A stretch of 64,000 nucleotides of DNA from Lama glama (lineage: Eukaryota). Position 1 is the first letter of the stretch. Every line of letters starts with the position of its first letter. Below the pieces are notes generated by a model. The model made no database searches and was not told where the DNA came from. It saw nothing but the letters and a program-made list of their open reading frames with translations. The translations under genes were made by a program, and so were the position numbers. The stretch spans positions 558,001 to 622,000 of the forward strand of contig CM052828.1 in the NCBI GenBank assembly GCA_028534125.1. The letters run 5' to 3'. Shown here one piece after another: positions 22,871 through 36,055 of the stretch.

Positions 22871-25800
22871 CCGGGGCTCACCTACTCCTGGAAATTAACT
22901 ATTTTCTTCACTTTGCCTATTTCTTTATTTCTTTAAACTAAAGGTGATAAAATCTAGGCACAAATACACTTCATTCTTTTTTAAGGAGCAGAGATGCAGG
23001 ATGGAACGTGTTGGAAATTTCTTAAATGAGAAGAGAAGGGGAGGGTCCCCTGCAGCCGTGAACTCACCCCCTTTTGGGGGAAACAGGCTGCGCTGCTCCC
23101 CCTCCCGTGAGCCCCAGGCGCCACTCAGGTACCGTATTTCACCTTGGGGTTACTTCACGCTTTGTGAACGAGTGTTCCTCTTTCACTGTCCCAGCGAAGT
23201 CATTTGAGGCTCCCAGGGGCTTTCTAGAACCTTTTATCCTCACTGCCTTTTAAAGAATTTGTAGTTTTAAAAGGGCATTTATTTCTTCAAAACAGAATAA
23301 AATATGGTGAAGCTTTACAATGTAATTCATAATTTCCCCCCAACTTGTTCAGAAAACTAATTACAATTTCAGTCTTACTAACATAAAAACACTTTTTATA
23401 ACACGCACTCAGCTCTCGGGAGAAATGCAGTTCCTGGAGGGGCTGGGAGCCTCCCTGCCAGACACAGGAGTCGGTGACTTACAGTCAGGATCCGCCTGGT
23501 GCTCATTATTTACAACTTTCCAGGGAACGTATCGCTGTCACTGTTGTCAGCGACCTCTCCCCTTCCATTCAAGAGTGAAAAAGGAGGGTTTCAATTTACT
23601 TTCAACAATAATTTTGGCTTCTCTACACCATGAAAGGAGAAATGAGTGGGAATTATTCTGGAATAACAATTTCTTTGGAAACAGAAAGAAAAAAAATCAC
23701 TTTACCTTTTATCCCACTGGTCTGTCCTCCCCCATGTCTTCTACATGTCCACGCCCTCTGCTCTTAATATCCACTCTGAAAACTTGTAGAGCTAAGCTTT
23801 TTAGAAGACTGAACTAACTTAAGAGATGCTTATATGGAATAAGAAAAGATGGCGGTAAAAACCAGATTCCCATGAGTTTAGATTTCTCTCCCCTCACTGG
23901 CTGCTACCTTGGTTCCTTATCCTGAGCCCAGTGGGAGGGGGAGGGGAGGGGAAGCCCCGGGGTTGGGGGAGGCCTTCCGGACCCGCAGCACAGCCAGGGC
24001 AGGTGCATGCGTGGGGCCTCCCGGTCTGTGCACGTGCAGCGGCTGGGGCTCTCCGGCGCTCAGCTTCTTGGGGAGCCCTCACTGTTGCTTACCCGGAGGG
24101 GCCTGGTTCTCACACAGCACAGGATCCCATCTACATGAACTCGCCCGCTTCTAAGAGACAGGAGTTCACACAACTTACCAAGGAAGGTCAAAAAGACCCC
24201 ATAGCACAGAGCAACCCTATCCACTCCCACCTGAGGCAGACCGCACCTGAGGTCAGGGCAGCAAGTGGAGACAGAAACCACCGGGGCCCCTCAAATCCCA
24301 GCCCCATCAGTTCACAGGCTCCACCACAAATGCAAGCTCCACACACGTGAACAAAACCCAGGTAGGTGTCTCGATTCAGGAAAGAAAAAAAAACCAAGCA
24401 GAATCCACACAGGAGGGAGCTTAGCGAGGTGGGTGGTAAACATTCACTTCATCCGGGGGCGACTTCCAGGGACTGTCAGGTCCTGAGACCCAGTCACCTC
24501 CCCGGTGGAGCCAGACTCGGAGCACTGGGCAGCCCTCTGCGACCTACAGTCTAAAAGCTTAGTGAAGAGAACAACCAGACGGTGGGACTCTGAGAACTTC
24601 ACGATTCCACAGAAAAACATGTCCTCATCTGTCATTTATTCTCTCTCAAGCACTTGTGAATCCTTTTGGGAGAATAAAAAGAGTAGTGAACTCACAAAAG
24701 AGACAAACTCTGTATTACTGTGACGTGAGCTACGGGCTTACACGTGTGGCCACCCAGCCAGCGTCTCCACCTGGTTTGCTCTCACACCGCCCTGGAGTGG
24801 GGTCACTGCTGCTACACCCACTTTACAGGCAGGGAAACCGAGGCGCAGTAAACAGATGGCACCAGACCACCAGCTGGCGAGTCAGCAGGGCCCCCGCGGC
24901 TGGTGCCTCCTGGCGCTGCCTCGACAAGCAGCCGAGGGCCAAGGGAGCGTGCCAGCCTCCTGCTCCTCAGGTGACATTTTATTAGACTAAAAACAAACCC
25001 TAAAAATATCTTTACCACTTCTAGATAAACTGTAGCTTTTAAGACTGATAACCAGCCTTAACCTGAGAGGCTGGCTTTATGAAAACTGTACCAGGAAGAA
25101 AAGAAGAATTCCGTACTGCAGTCCTGAGCTATTCAGGGTGACAGCGTCAGGGACGCCCACATCCCCGCTGGCCCCGAGCCAGACCTCCTAACTGTCCACC
25201 TCTGGGCTCTGGAATGCTCTGAAGTCAAAATCTACATCCGTCCTCCAGTATCACATGAAGCCAATTAGGTTTCCTTATCACATCTGCTTTGCTTAAAAAA
25301 TTGTTGTGGGCCTCCTTCCTGTCTGCACACTATTTGATTCCTGAGTTTCTGGTTTCCTTGGCTTCTGTTTCTATTTGTTTGGGAGTTAGAGCTGTTCTCA
25401 GCCTCTCCCCATCAGTTTCTCGATACCTGAATTATCTTATTTTTCTCAAGGGAAAAAAAAAGGAACAGAGAAACATGGTGGTTACCAGGCAGTGTCTACA
25501 TACATTTCAAATGCTTAAATATGTTCATCACTTTTAAGACGCTGGTTGAAAAGACATTTGAAATTACCCAGGGGCTCGTTTTCACGGACTTGGGAACTTC
25601 CGCTTCACTCCTATGAGGCCTGTTCCTTGCATGCCCCCTGCTCAGGGCTGCCCCACCACAAAAGCCTGGCGCCCACGGGGAGAGCCGCGTCCTGGAGGGA
25701 GAACCAGCAGCGATGGGGCCGCTTCCACAGACACACTGCAGCCCACTCAGAACCACATGAGTGACCCCGGGGCGAGAGTGTGTCTAATAGCACTGCTTGA

Positions 25801-26962
25801 CTTACTCACTGAAATTACCTCATTAATGACTGTGGTGAAAACTGACTGAACTGTGGAACCACACCAAGTAAGCCCAGTGGCTCCCGGGGTCCCCCACTCC
25901 GACCCCAGCCTCGCTGCAGGAGCCTCCCGGACCTGAGCACCCTGCTCACCCCGCGCAGCAGGGCCCCCTGCACAGCAGCGCCAGGCTCTAGAAAGTTTCC
26001 CCTGCGGGATCCAGTCTTCCAGCCTGGTTCTGCCCCACAAGGGACAGGGACAGACAGACATATACTACTTTGGTCACCTTCGGGAGAAGTTCCAGTTTCT
26101 TAACGTTTTTGTCAAATGTAGGCCATGGAGCTGAATATAAGATTTATTCTCTTTCTGCATGTTTTACACTTAATAATGTAATAGTTAAAACAATACACAA
26201 TAATTGTAGAAATTTATGACAACACAAGAGCAAAAGGATGTTACTTATAATTTCAACACCAAGAGACAGCAACAGCAATAACATCTTGTGACATTGTCCC
26301 AGAGCTTTATGCATAGCTTTTTTGAATTATTTTGTTTTAATTTGTTGTAGGTTTTACTGCTTGTTTTTCAAATGATGTCTCCTTTTTGAATCGAGTGAAG
26401 TCTGGCTGAAGGCTTCATTCCTGGGAGATGCTAGCCCTTCTCGAGTTCTCTTTCTCTTAAGAGTCTCAGGCTAACCTCTTTCCCGGGCCCTGGAGGCCGG
26501 GCCGCCCTGCGCCCCCGCAGAAGCCCCGCCCCAGCCCCCCCTCCCACGGAAGGAGCCCCGCGACACACCCAGGAGCAGCTCCTGCTCGGCAGATGCTCCA
26601 GCAGAGGTGCAGGTGGTCCCTCCTCCAGCCCTGTCTGCTTCTCCTGCCTCTGCACAATCTCACCAGCTTCCTCAGGACACGCAGCTGTCTCCCCGAGGCT
26701 GGGGCTCCGCGGCCACGTCTCCGCGTCACCCGCTCCACTCTCACGGGGGTGCTCTCCGCCGCCCGGAGGCACGTGGCCTAGTGGCCCGGCATCTCAGCCG
26801 GCCGTCCCAGCCCCTCCCTGTGAATTACCAGGCTGGCCTGTCTCCTGCACGATACTGTTTCTATTCCGTTGTAAGAAAAGACCCAGATTGATGTTGGCAA
26901 AACCCACGAAAACACTAACCAGCACGGAACTCCCGCCGCAGCCCGAGGGAACCCCAGCGTAC

Positions 26963-27068
26963 CTTCCGCGTTGAGGTGCATGGTCTCCAGGGGCCCGATG
27001 AAGGCGTACCGCATGCCCAGGCCCTCTGACATGACGAGGTCGAGGTCACCCGGCGACACGACGCCCTC
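26963..27068 (-). CDS. CRYL1: CRYL1 coding exon 6 (106 nt; [36 protein letters not shown])
   Basis: Overlaps ORF 26778..27059. Acceptor gtcttcgcctag|GAG with ctcac branch-like motif upstream; donor G|gtacgc; phase 0-1. Confidence 0.97.
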
Positions 27069-28549
27069 CTAGGCGAAGACAGGGCAGCGCGGGTGAGTTC
27101 GCTGGGAAGACCACTGCCTTACCACCCTTTCACCCTCACTTCTCTAGGGCGGGATCCCCAAACACCCTCCAAAGCGCCGTAACGGACAGTCATCAAAGTT
27201 TGCACGACAAAAACTGTCACACAGAAACGGACCCTGAAAAGAAGGTATCTTGTGACATGGCCACGCACCAGTTCACCTTTCCCCGGCGGCTGCCCCCGCC
27301 TGCCCCCCACTGTGCCCCCTCCTCTGACCTACGGCCCTCGTGTCCTCACGGCTGTGGGGGCCTCAGAGGACGAGGACGAGGACGAAGACGAGAAGGTTCT
27401 CCACACGTTTGCCTGAGGTCTGGGGCCGTCAGAACCAGAAAGTCCTTCTCCAGGCCGGGCCCGCCTGCAACCCAGCCCTGCTCAGCTTTTAGTGAGTTTG
27501 TAAAAAAATAGTCTTTGATGAGATGCGGCTTAGAATTGTGTGTGTGTTTGCCGAGGTAGGTCCTAGAATCTTCCACAAAAGGCCTGCTGCTCACAGAGCC
27601 TCCACCTCACAGGGCCTGGAAGGAGCAGGGATGTGGAGTCCACATCTGCACGATGGTGCTTCTCAGCCAGGACGTTCTGCCTAGGGCACCTCTGCCAGTG
27701 AGGCAGACGGGGGCTGGGGGGGCTCATGTTTCCCCAAAGTCTGCACCGGCCAGACAGCAGAATGGCCGTGAGTCTCTTTGTGGTCCCTCCCACAGACAGC
27801 ACTGCCCCAAAGCCGGGCCCAGTCCACCTCCCGCAAGAGGCCACTCAGTGCGGCTGCCATGGCCCCGCTGCCTCCCCAGGTGCCCCGTCTCGGGAGTCTG
27901 GGCAGTGTGTGAAGGGGTCCACCTGGACCCAGCCTACCCGTAGCCCCAGGGCCCCAGCACACAGGCACCACCAGGCCTGAATAGGCTGGATTCGTGGCCC
28001 ACCAGCCACAGCCTCTCCTCTCCGGGTGACGGGGCAAAGCCGTCGCCTCTTCTCAGAAAGGTTGCCGCTCATCTCACTTGAGGGTCCATGCCGAGGGGGC
28101 TGTCCTCCGAGGGCTGCCCCGCGGGCCACAGGGAGGAGCCCCTGATCTGGGGTCTGGGCCAGGCCCTCCCGCTCCAGAGTTGGAGGACATCTCCCTCCCC
28201 CGGGGCCACAGGGACCCCCTCCAGACTCCGGGTCACCCTTGAGGTCTGCGCATCCCACGCCACCTGTCACCCAGCTGCCAAGGGAGAAGATGTGCCCTCA
28301 GGTCTCCATGTGTGTCTGGGCCACAGACATGACGCGGGGAGGGAGATGGGGGGGTCGGCGCCACCACATAGGGCAGGGCAACTCAGGTGCGACTCAGAAA
28401 CGTGGGATGAGAGGCCCCTCCCGTGTGGCTGTGTGCGCGTGTGTGTGCATGACGTTCGGGTGCACACAGCCATGGAGGCTGGAGGACTCACCGGGCAGCC
28501 TGCAGCCACACCTGAGCCCGGCTTCCTGACTCATCGGTCTCCCTCCCCT

Positions 28550-29200
28550 GGGGAGGCTAACAACCTGGCTTTTGTAACAACCATTTCTCCACATTCCTGA
28601 GTAACAGAGTTTGCATTTGGCCTGTTTTCATCTTCCCGGAAATGGACTCAAGGCTTCTGTGCTTTTCAGATCCCCCGCAACCTGGGCTGCTGCAGGGCCC
28701 CTCCTGGTTGGTGTGTAAAACTCAGTTCACGCATCCAGCCTACTGTCCACGACCGCCAGGAGCCTCACCGGGGCGACGGCAGGGCTGGTTCCAGGTCCCG
28801 AGGGGCTAAGCGTGGGAGCTGCGGTGGGGGACTGGGGAATCACGCACAGAAGGGCCGCGTGCTGCCCAGAACCACCACGAAACGCAGCAGAAAACGTGGC
28901 TTCTGGTCTCGGCCCCTGCCGCGGCGTCCCCACTCCCTAGGCTGGGAATGTGGGGAAGGGCAGCCCCGCGGGGGCCTGCAGACCCTCCCTCAGCCCAGTG
29001 CCGGGTCAACATTCCAGGGCCTGAAGTTCTTGCTCCAGCTGAGAAGGGCGCAGGCCTGGAGGCCACCTTCCGCCCGCAGTGCTGTTTGTCTTGGCTCTTT
29101 CCTTCCACAGTTGAGTTCAGTACTTTCAGAGCTGGCTTCAAAAGGACTTCGAAATACCAAGAGGGAGCCACCCACGAGTAGTTAATTTTTGATCTGTAAG
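28550..29200 (-). mobile_element. Ancient L1ME-like remnant, GC-shifted
   Basis: Antisense L1 3'-end phrases (tttgcatttggcctgttttcatctt..aatggactca). Confidence 0.45.
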
Positions 29201-30132
29201 CATCACATGAGCTAACGGTGACCTGATGAGACAAAGCCTCAGAGGGGCCTCAGCACCCGACGTGGCCCCAGGCGGGCGGAGCCGCACTTCGTCGGGCCCC
29301 AGGCGTCCCAGGTGTCCTGGCTTCACCTATGACGGCTGCCAGCTGTCATCAGGTGCTATTCAGCCATCGACAAGTTAGAAGACAGGAAAGTTTTCAGATC
29401 TTCTCTTCCTCACTGCTCCCCCCGCTCTGGACTTTATGAGGCAGGCTTCTCTAAGCTTGCGCTTCTAACCCAGAAGCTAAATCCAGGGAAGAGAAATGGT
29501 CATAATTCAGCCCAGATGCTCACTGAACAGGACCCCGCACCCCTGGGGCAAACAGCCGGTTCACCCCGCGGCGCTCAGCACTGAACTGAAGCTTCACGTT
29601 CAGGGTATTCTGACGTTCCAGCTGCCTGGCTGTGCGGTGAGCTCCACTCCAAAAGCCTGGTGGCACCTGTGGCCTCCGTGTGAGGATTACCAGTAACCGA
29701 ATAAATCACCGCAGCGGCACCAAGGGCCAAGAGTTGGAGCTGAACAAATCTGGTGACACCTCTCAGAGACAGGACACCATACAGCAGTCTGAGGGCTGAG
29801 GCCCCACCTCACTGCTGTGTCTGTGGTCCGGTTAACATGTCAGAATGGCCATCGGTACTTCCTCCCTTTCATGGTAAAATTCTCAAGCCACACATACAAG
29901 GAAAAGCCCCAGGTGGTTAAAAGTTTCCCAAGTCCCAGAGCAACGAACACTGTGATCAGCGCTAGTCAGAAACTGGGCGAGGAGCGCCCAGCCAGAGTGG
30001 AAAGGAGCCCCCTTAACTCAACACCTTCCTGCTTCCACTTCTGTTAGCAACACACACTCAAGGCCTGGACACACACCCCACACCCGGCCTGCTCAGGCTG
30101 CCCCACGAGCAAGGTGCAGAGCTGACACGCTA

Positions 30133-30445
30133 TGTGTCAGGGCCCCCGCCAGGGAGACAGAACCAGTCAGTCACATACGTGCAGCGAGATTTCCGTCAAG
30201 GACTCGGCTTGTACAACTGTGGGCAGCGGGAACCTGAAATCTGGGGCAGGAGCTGCTGGTGGAAACCTCACTTCTGCTCTTAAGGCTGTTCAACTGACTG
30301 AAGTTCGCCCAGATTACTGAGAATAATCTCCTTTACTTAAAGTCAAGTGACAGTAGACACTACCACATCTATAAAATACCTTCTCAGAAACAGTAGTGAC
30401 AGCAGCCTGTTTGACTAAGCGACGGGCACTCAGCCGATCTGTACA
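30133..30445 (-). mobile_element. MLT2-type (ERVL) LTR
   Basis: gtcagggcccccgccagggagacagaaccag..ttgctcttaagg-like..ataatctcctttacttaaagtcaa..catctataaaataccttc. Confidence 0.8.
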
Positions 30446-33400
30446 GGGGACAGCACTGGAGTTCAAAGCTTGGCGTCGAGGGTCTGGCACTTTGTGGGTG
30501 GGGACAGGAGGGGGAGACACATCCAAAGTAACAACCGTGGTGCTTGGCCTGGCCCTCTTGGGGGACGTGGGAGGAAGGGGCAGGGGCGGGGGTCTCGCAC
30601 AGTTCAGGAAGGCAAAATCTGCTGAATGAAACCTGTGACTATTTCCTCTACTGATTATCAGCTACACAGAAATATTTTTCCTTTTCATCATCCCAGCCTC
30701 ACATGGAAGCTCTTTATTCAGTGCACGGGTTTGCACGCCCTCAGTTCATCTGCCTTTCTCACGTTCTTCATGCCAACTTCCTTGGCTAATTTTTTAAACT
30801 GATTCCCAACTTTTAATCTTCTGTTCTGTTTTGCTCGCTTTTCACCACACCTAGTCCTGAGTTGTCAAGTTTTTCCTGTGCAAACACTTCTTTTCTTCAG
30901 CCAGCACCAGCACCACCAGGAACACAGACCGACCTGCCCCCAGGAATCTGCAAGGGTACACACAAGTTCCCCACAACAGGAGCTGTCGAGGCTTCAATCC
31001 ATTGCCTTAATTGAGAAACAGGAGCCAGAAAAGGTTCTGCTTGGTTACATGTCAGGAGATGAAATGCAACATCCAAGGGCGGGGAGGAAGCCGCACTGGT
31101 TCAGCATCACCCTGTCAGAGGCCAGGAGAAGGGGCTACAGAAAGGCCGCCTCAGTCTCCTTAGTGGGAGGTGGGAACGGGCTGGAACCCTGATCCCCAGA
31201 GACATTCAGCGGGGAGCCAGATGAGGACCACCCCAGGGCAGGAGTCAGTCAAGCATGGGTGAGGGTACCGGACCCTCCCTTAGAAGGTCCACCCCTGCAG
31301 CCCTTATGAACAAATGGTACAGAGAGCAACGTAGTGACTGGTGGTGAAGCTGAAGCTAAGAACCACCATGATGAGTCACCATCTTTCACGAGAAAGTAAC
31401 TAAAGCAGGAGTCGGTCCCTCACACACTGACATGACCTAGTTTTCTACGCTCCTCACTTCTGAAAGAAACGATCAAACAACTGCGTCTCCCACACACAAC
31501 AGGAAACCAGTTCCCGAGCAAGAGTGAAAAAGACCCGATGTGCCCATCCACATGCACACCTCCTTCCGGGAAAAAGGTGAGGCAGACACAGCATTGTAAC
31601 AGGTGAAAAAGACAAGTCGGCCAGGTGCTGCCCACTGTCACTCAGAGGCCGTGCCAGGTCTGTGAGCTGCCAGGCACCACGTGTTTTCTTGGAAGTGGGG
31701 CACCAACATTCCTGCAGAATGACCCGGGCAGACGTGCACGCTCGGGAAGAGCTGACTGCACACGCCGAGCTGATGCAACCAGAGGCTGAATCACACCTCA
31801 CGCACGGTCCAGAGCTTCGGAGCGGATGCCAGGGGAGGAGCTGAGGCTCGAGGTGGCGGGTCCCGGCCAGGCTGCTGGGAGGCAAGCCCAGCACCAGCCA
31901 GGGCAGGGGACGTGGCCGAGTCCTGGGACGGCAGCCAGCCTCCTGCTGCTCCTCCGACAGATGGCCCACAGGATCAGACCACGAGAGCCACCGGGGAGCA
32001 GATGTTCTGGAACTTTTGCTTGAGCCTCAGCTTCTCCTACTGGCCACCCTCCAGGTGAGCCACAGCCTGAGGCGGCCCTGCTGTTTTCAGCATCTTCCCT
32101 CTGAAGACAGACTTCTGAAACAGCCCCACCTTCCCCACCTGGAAGCACCACTTTGAACAAGCTTTCTCTTGTCGGGGCCTCAAGCACCAGGCTCCGCACC
32201 CCACCTGATCACAAAGCCTGTGAAGCACGTCACTGGGCCTGACCCCACCTCCTTCTCCCCCTTCACTGCCCATCTGCACAGTCTGCCTTCTGGAGAGCAC
32301 CCGGCAGGCACTCAGTCGCAGGGTCCCAGTCAGGGCAACACTCCTGGAAAAGCCCCCCCAGACCTGGGAGAGGATGGCCATGGAGGCAGCTCCCCATCTG
32401 ACCCAGCTTCCTCCCCAGAACCTGCGTGTGTGAGAGGGAAACGTCCCAAGACTAACTCGGACTCTGAGGCCAGGGCCCACGCGTCCACCCGCTTCTGAAA
32501 CAATCAAACAACTGCCTCCCTCCATGCGTGCACTGCCCAAGGGAGAGACCTGAGGGGTCCGCAGAGCACCCAGTCGACATTAGGTCACCTCCCCCAACCC
32601 TGTCTGGACTCACTGGTCCCCTGTGTCGCCTGCTGGGGTCGACGTGGGGCCCACTCACCTGCCAGCAGCACCGGCCTGAGAGCCATCTGACTCCCAGCGG
32701 CCATAGGGGCCTCAGGCACAAGGAGGCCACCTGCTTGATCTGGCTGTTCTCTGGGAGGGACCCTGTGTTCACACAGGCCCACGACCAAGACGAGCAGAAC
32801 CAGACTACAGTTTGCATCCCTGCTCCAGAAATCAAAGGGTAGATGCGGAGGCCTGATGCCGTGTGTGGCAGCACGACGAGGAAGCTGCCGGCCGGGCCCA
32901 GGGAGGCCAGCTTCGCTCTGCAGAAGCAGTGAAAACCTAGCATTTGTTCATTCTGATATGTTCCTGTTTTAATTAAAAGTGAATGAAATATTTTTTAAAA
33001 ATTAACCTTCACATCTTTTTTGGGATAACCAGAGATATTCAGTGTCATAAAGCTAGGACTAGAAGTCATGTCTACCAAGGGACGACGTACGAGTCTTTCC
33101 ACTAAGCAGAGCTGGTTGGAGCTGCACATTTATCTGTTACGAGCCTTTGTCAGAGATAAAGAGGGTCAGAAACAGACACAGAAAAACAGAGGAGAAAAGA
33201 CAAATAAAAAAGATGGTAGAATACACTATCTCACCGAAGTTAAGACTCCATCAACTGGAAGCTAAATTCGTATTTATTGTTCCATTTTGGAAGAAAAATG
33301 CTGCCAATAAAACTAAAATGTTAAAAATTTAAAAATGAAAGTGTATTTTAGAACAGCTGTAATTTGATCCATCAAGACTGAGGCCAAGGTATCAGGGAGC

Positions 33401-33950
33401 AAGCCAGGACTTCTCTGCCTTTACTGCACAAGTGAATCCCCTGGGGGGCATGATAAAATGCATAGTCCAATCCTGCAGGTGGTGCATTTCAAACGAGCTC
33501 CCAGCGAAGCCCAAGCTGCCATCCTGGGCCCAGGGCCTCCGCAAACGTCACTGACCCTGTCATCACTATAACCTGTAGCATTGACTAAACCATTACTGTA
33601 TGCCAGCCCTTAACATTCACAACCCCATCCAATCCTCATCAGACCCCAAAAAGGAACAGTCCACTGTCATCTCCACTTACAAATGCAGACGCTGCAGCAC
33701 AGAGGGGGCACAGGTCTGAATCCCCACCAGACCATGCAATATGATCAAAGCATTAATTTGTAAAGGCAAAAATAACAGTAGGTCTCTTATTCGTGCTTTT
33801 AAGTTCAGATGATCTGAAAAAAATCTGAAAATCATGAAAAATGTAAAGGAAAGTACTTTGTAAACTTTAAAATACTGTCCAAGCTGAAGTTACTGGTGAG
33901 TAGACAAAGCTCAGAGGCTCGCTGGGCTGACTGTTAATTCCTGTGTCACA

Positions 33951-34115
33951 CAGCTAGCCCTCAAACTCAGCCCATCGTGGATCGAACATATTCAGTTAAA
34001 AAAAATCCAGAAAGTTCCAAAAAGCACAACATGAATTTGCTATGAAAGCCAACTATTTACATAGTATTTTATATTGTATCTACAACTATCTACGCAGCAT
34101 TGTCATGGTACTAGG
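33951..34115. mobile_element. Tigger-family (TcMar) MITE fragment
   Basis: tccagaaagttccaaaaagcacaacatgaatttgc..caactatttacatag. Confidence 0.7.
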
Positions 34116-34959
34116 ACGGAAGCCCTTGAATGACTTTACCACAAAAAGCCTCATCTGTGAATTTCACCACGTGATCTTTTAGATGCATTTTATTAGCTGA
34201 AACAAGTCCTTAAACAGCTGCATCCATGTCAGAATAAACCTGAAGGACAAAGGTCTGGAATCTCTCAGAGGGTCCTGTGCAGACCACAGACCATCCCTGA
34301 CAAGACACCAGAGGGAATTTCTGCAGATCATGGCCTGAGGAGCAAAATCCAGCTTGGAGCTCACATTTCTCAGGAGGAACAAAACCCCAGGTAAGCAGTT
34401 TCCAAGCTCATCATCACCAGCACATTCCCAGCGGCTGAGAGTCTGCTGCCGGCGGCTCCGTGGTTCACCGCTGCCGCCTCCGCCCACCTTTCCCCGACGG
34501 GGCAAGAATTTACCCGCAGCACAAGCTCACTATTGTCCGGGAGGAAGTTATCATCACAGCACCGCCTCCCCTACTGTGCTCATTAATTCAAGAACATGGA
34601 TTGCAGATCACCTTCCCGGCCAACAGGATCTCGTCACCCGGGCACCGGATCTCGGGCTCCGGGGCAACCGCCAGACTCATCGACCCGGCATTTCCAAGCC
34701 GACAAGTACTGGTCTGACCCGATGCTGCGGCCAGAGGAGCGTCAGGGAGCCCCGTGTCCCTCGGTGCGGGCCCAGTGTCCGGGAGACCCGCGTCCCTCGG
34801 AGCGGGCAGAACACATGGCTGGGGCAGCAACAAGACCGCGTGTGTCGTGCCGGGTGCAGGACAGACAAGGGGCTCCCCGCTTCCCCCCGCGCTCGGTCGC
34901 TCCCCAAACCACAGCCCCGCCTGTCGCCTCCGGCATCCCTCCCGCGCTCGGCTGCAGGT

Positions 34960-35900
34960 GGTAAGGACCACCCTCCAAAGTTAGTGAGGCAAGCCGAAAC
35001 CAGGAAAACCAGAGAGAAAAGTCAACGAAACGAGAATCCTTTTGTTCAAGAAAGCGGTGAAACTGAGCAACGTCCAGCAAGGCCGACAAGACAGAGGTCC
35101 CCCTCGGGGATGAGCCCAGGGAGGTCGCTGTGGGCCCTGCAGCCCCCGCAAGGGTGAGAGCAGACGGCCGACAGCTTTATGCCCATACAGTCAGCGACTC
35201 GGGGGAACCATTTCTCAAAAACTGCAAACCACCCAAACTCAGTCAAGACGGAACAGACAATCGGAATGGTTCTAGAACCATTGAAGCATTTGGCTTCGCA
35301 GTTATAACCTACTCAGAAACAGGTTCTCCAGGCTCAGGTGGTTTCCCTGGGGAATTCTACCCAACAGTTAAGGAAGTTAACAAGACTTGTCCAGCCTCTT
35401 CCAGAAAACAGAAGAGGAGGGGAAACTCCCCTACCCATTTTATGCGTTATTACCATGACACCAAAGTCAAGAAAACATAGTTCAAATAGAGATCAACATG
35501 TCTTCCCAACTTAGATGCAAAACGGCCTAACAAAACTGGAGACATCGGACGGATCCAGCAACGTCCAGGAGCCGTCACACCGTGTCCAAGCGGTGCTCAC
35601 TCGGGTCCGCGAGGCTGGTCTGCAATGGAAACCTCTGCACCCGCCACCCCTGGGCACAGGGTCCCGCGTCCCCCGGCCCAGGCCGCCCCACAGGCCCCGC
35701 CGACCAGCCTGACCCGGCAGAGGGTGCAGGCCTCCCGCGGGCCTCCCACGCTGGGACCCGGCCCGGCCGCGGAGCGGGAGGTCCAGGCCGCCCCAGGGGC
35801 TCCTGGAAAAGAGACGCGTAGGTTGTGGCGGTCTCCGCTCCCCACGCGGCTGCTTATACTCTAAGTGGCCCTTACACTTGCTGAGCTGAACTCGGGCCCG
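34960..35900 (+). mobile_element. L1 ORF2 (reverse transcriptase) remnant grading into a CpG-rich peak
   Basis: ORF 35130..35480 contains SPGSGGFPGEFYPTVKE (compare L1 RT SPGPDGFTAEFYQTFKE), followed by agatgcaaaacggcctaacaaaa..gatccagcaac. Confidence 0.85.
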
Positions 35901-35907
35901 ACCCTGG

Positions 35908-36055
35908 TACGCACACGCACACGCACCCGCCACGCACACGCCTCACGTAGGCACGCGGCTGCACGCACGCACAGACGCTGGTGCACGCAGACGCACACAG
36001 TACACATACGTAAGCATGCACGCACACGCCCCACGAAGGCACGCGGACGCGCACG
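35908..36055. repeat. Degenerate (GCAC/CA)n alternating purine-pyrimidine tract
   Basis: acgcacacgcacacgcac...gcacgcacgcacag...catgcacgcacacgc. Confidence 0.85.

Noticed and set aside
22876-22890. 6-nt in-frame micro-exon candidate for CRYL1 (ccag|GAGTAG|gtgagc, minus strand)
   Set aside because: The donor is strong, but the polypyrimidine tract is very short and preceded by purine-rich sequence; no other support.
27066-27071. NAGNAG tandem acceptors at exon 6 (TAG GAG) and exon 4 (CAG GAG)
   Set aside because: Distal GAG acceptors are rarely used; they simply reflect a Glu codon at the exon start.
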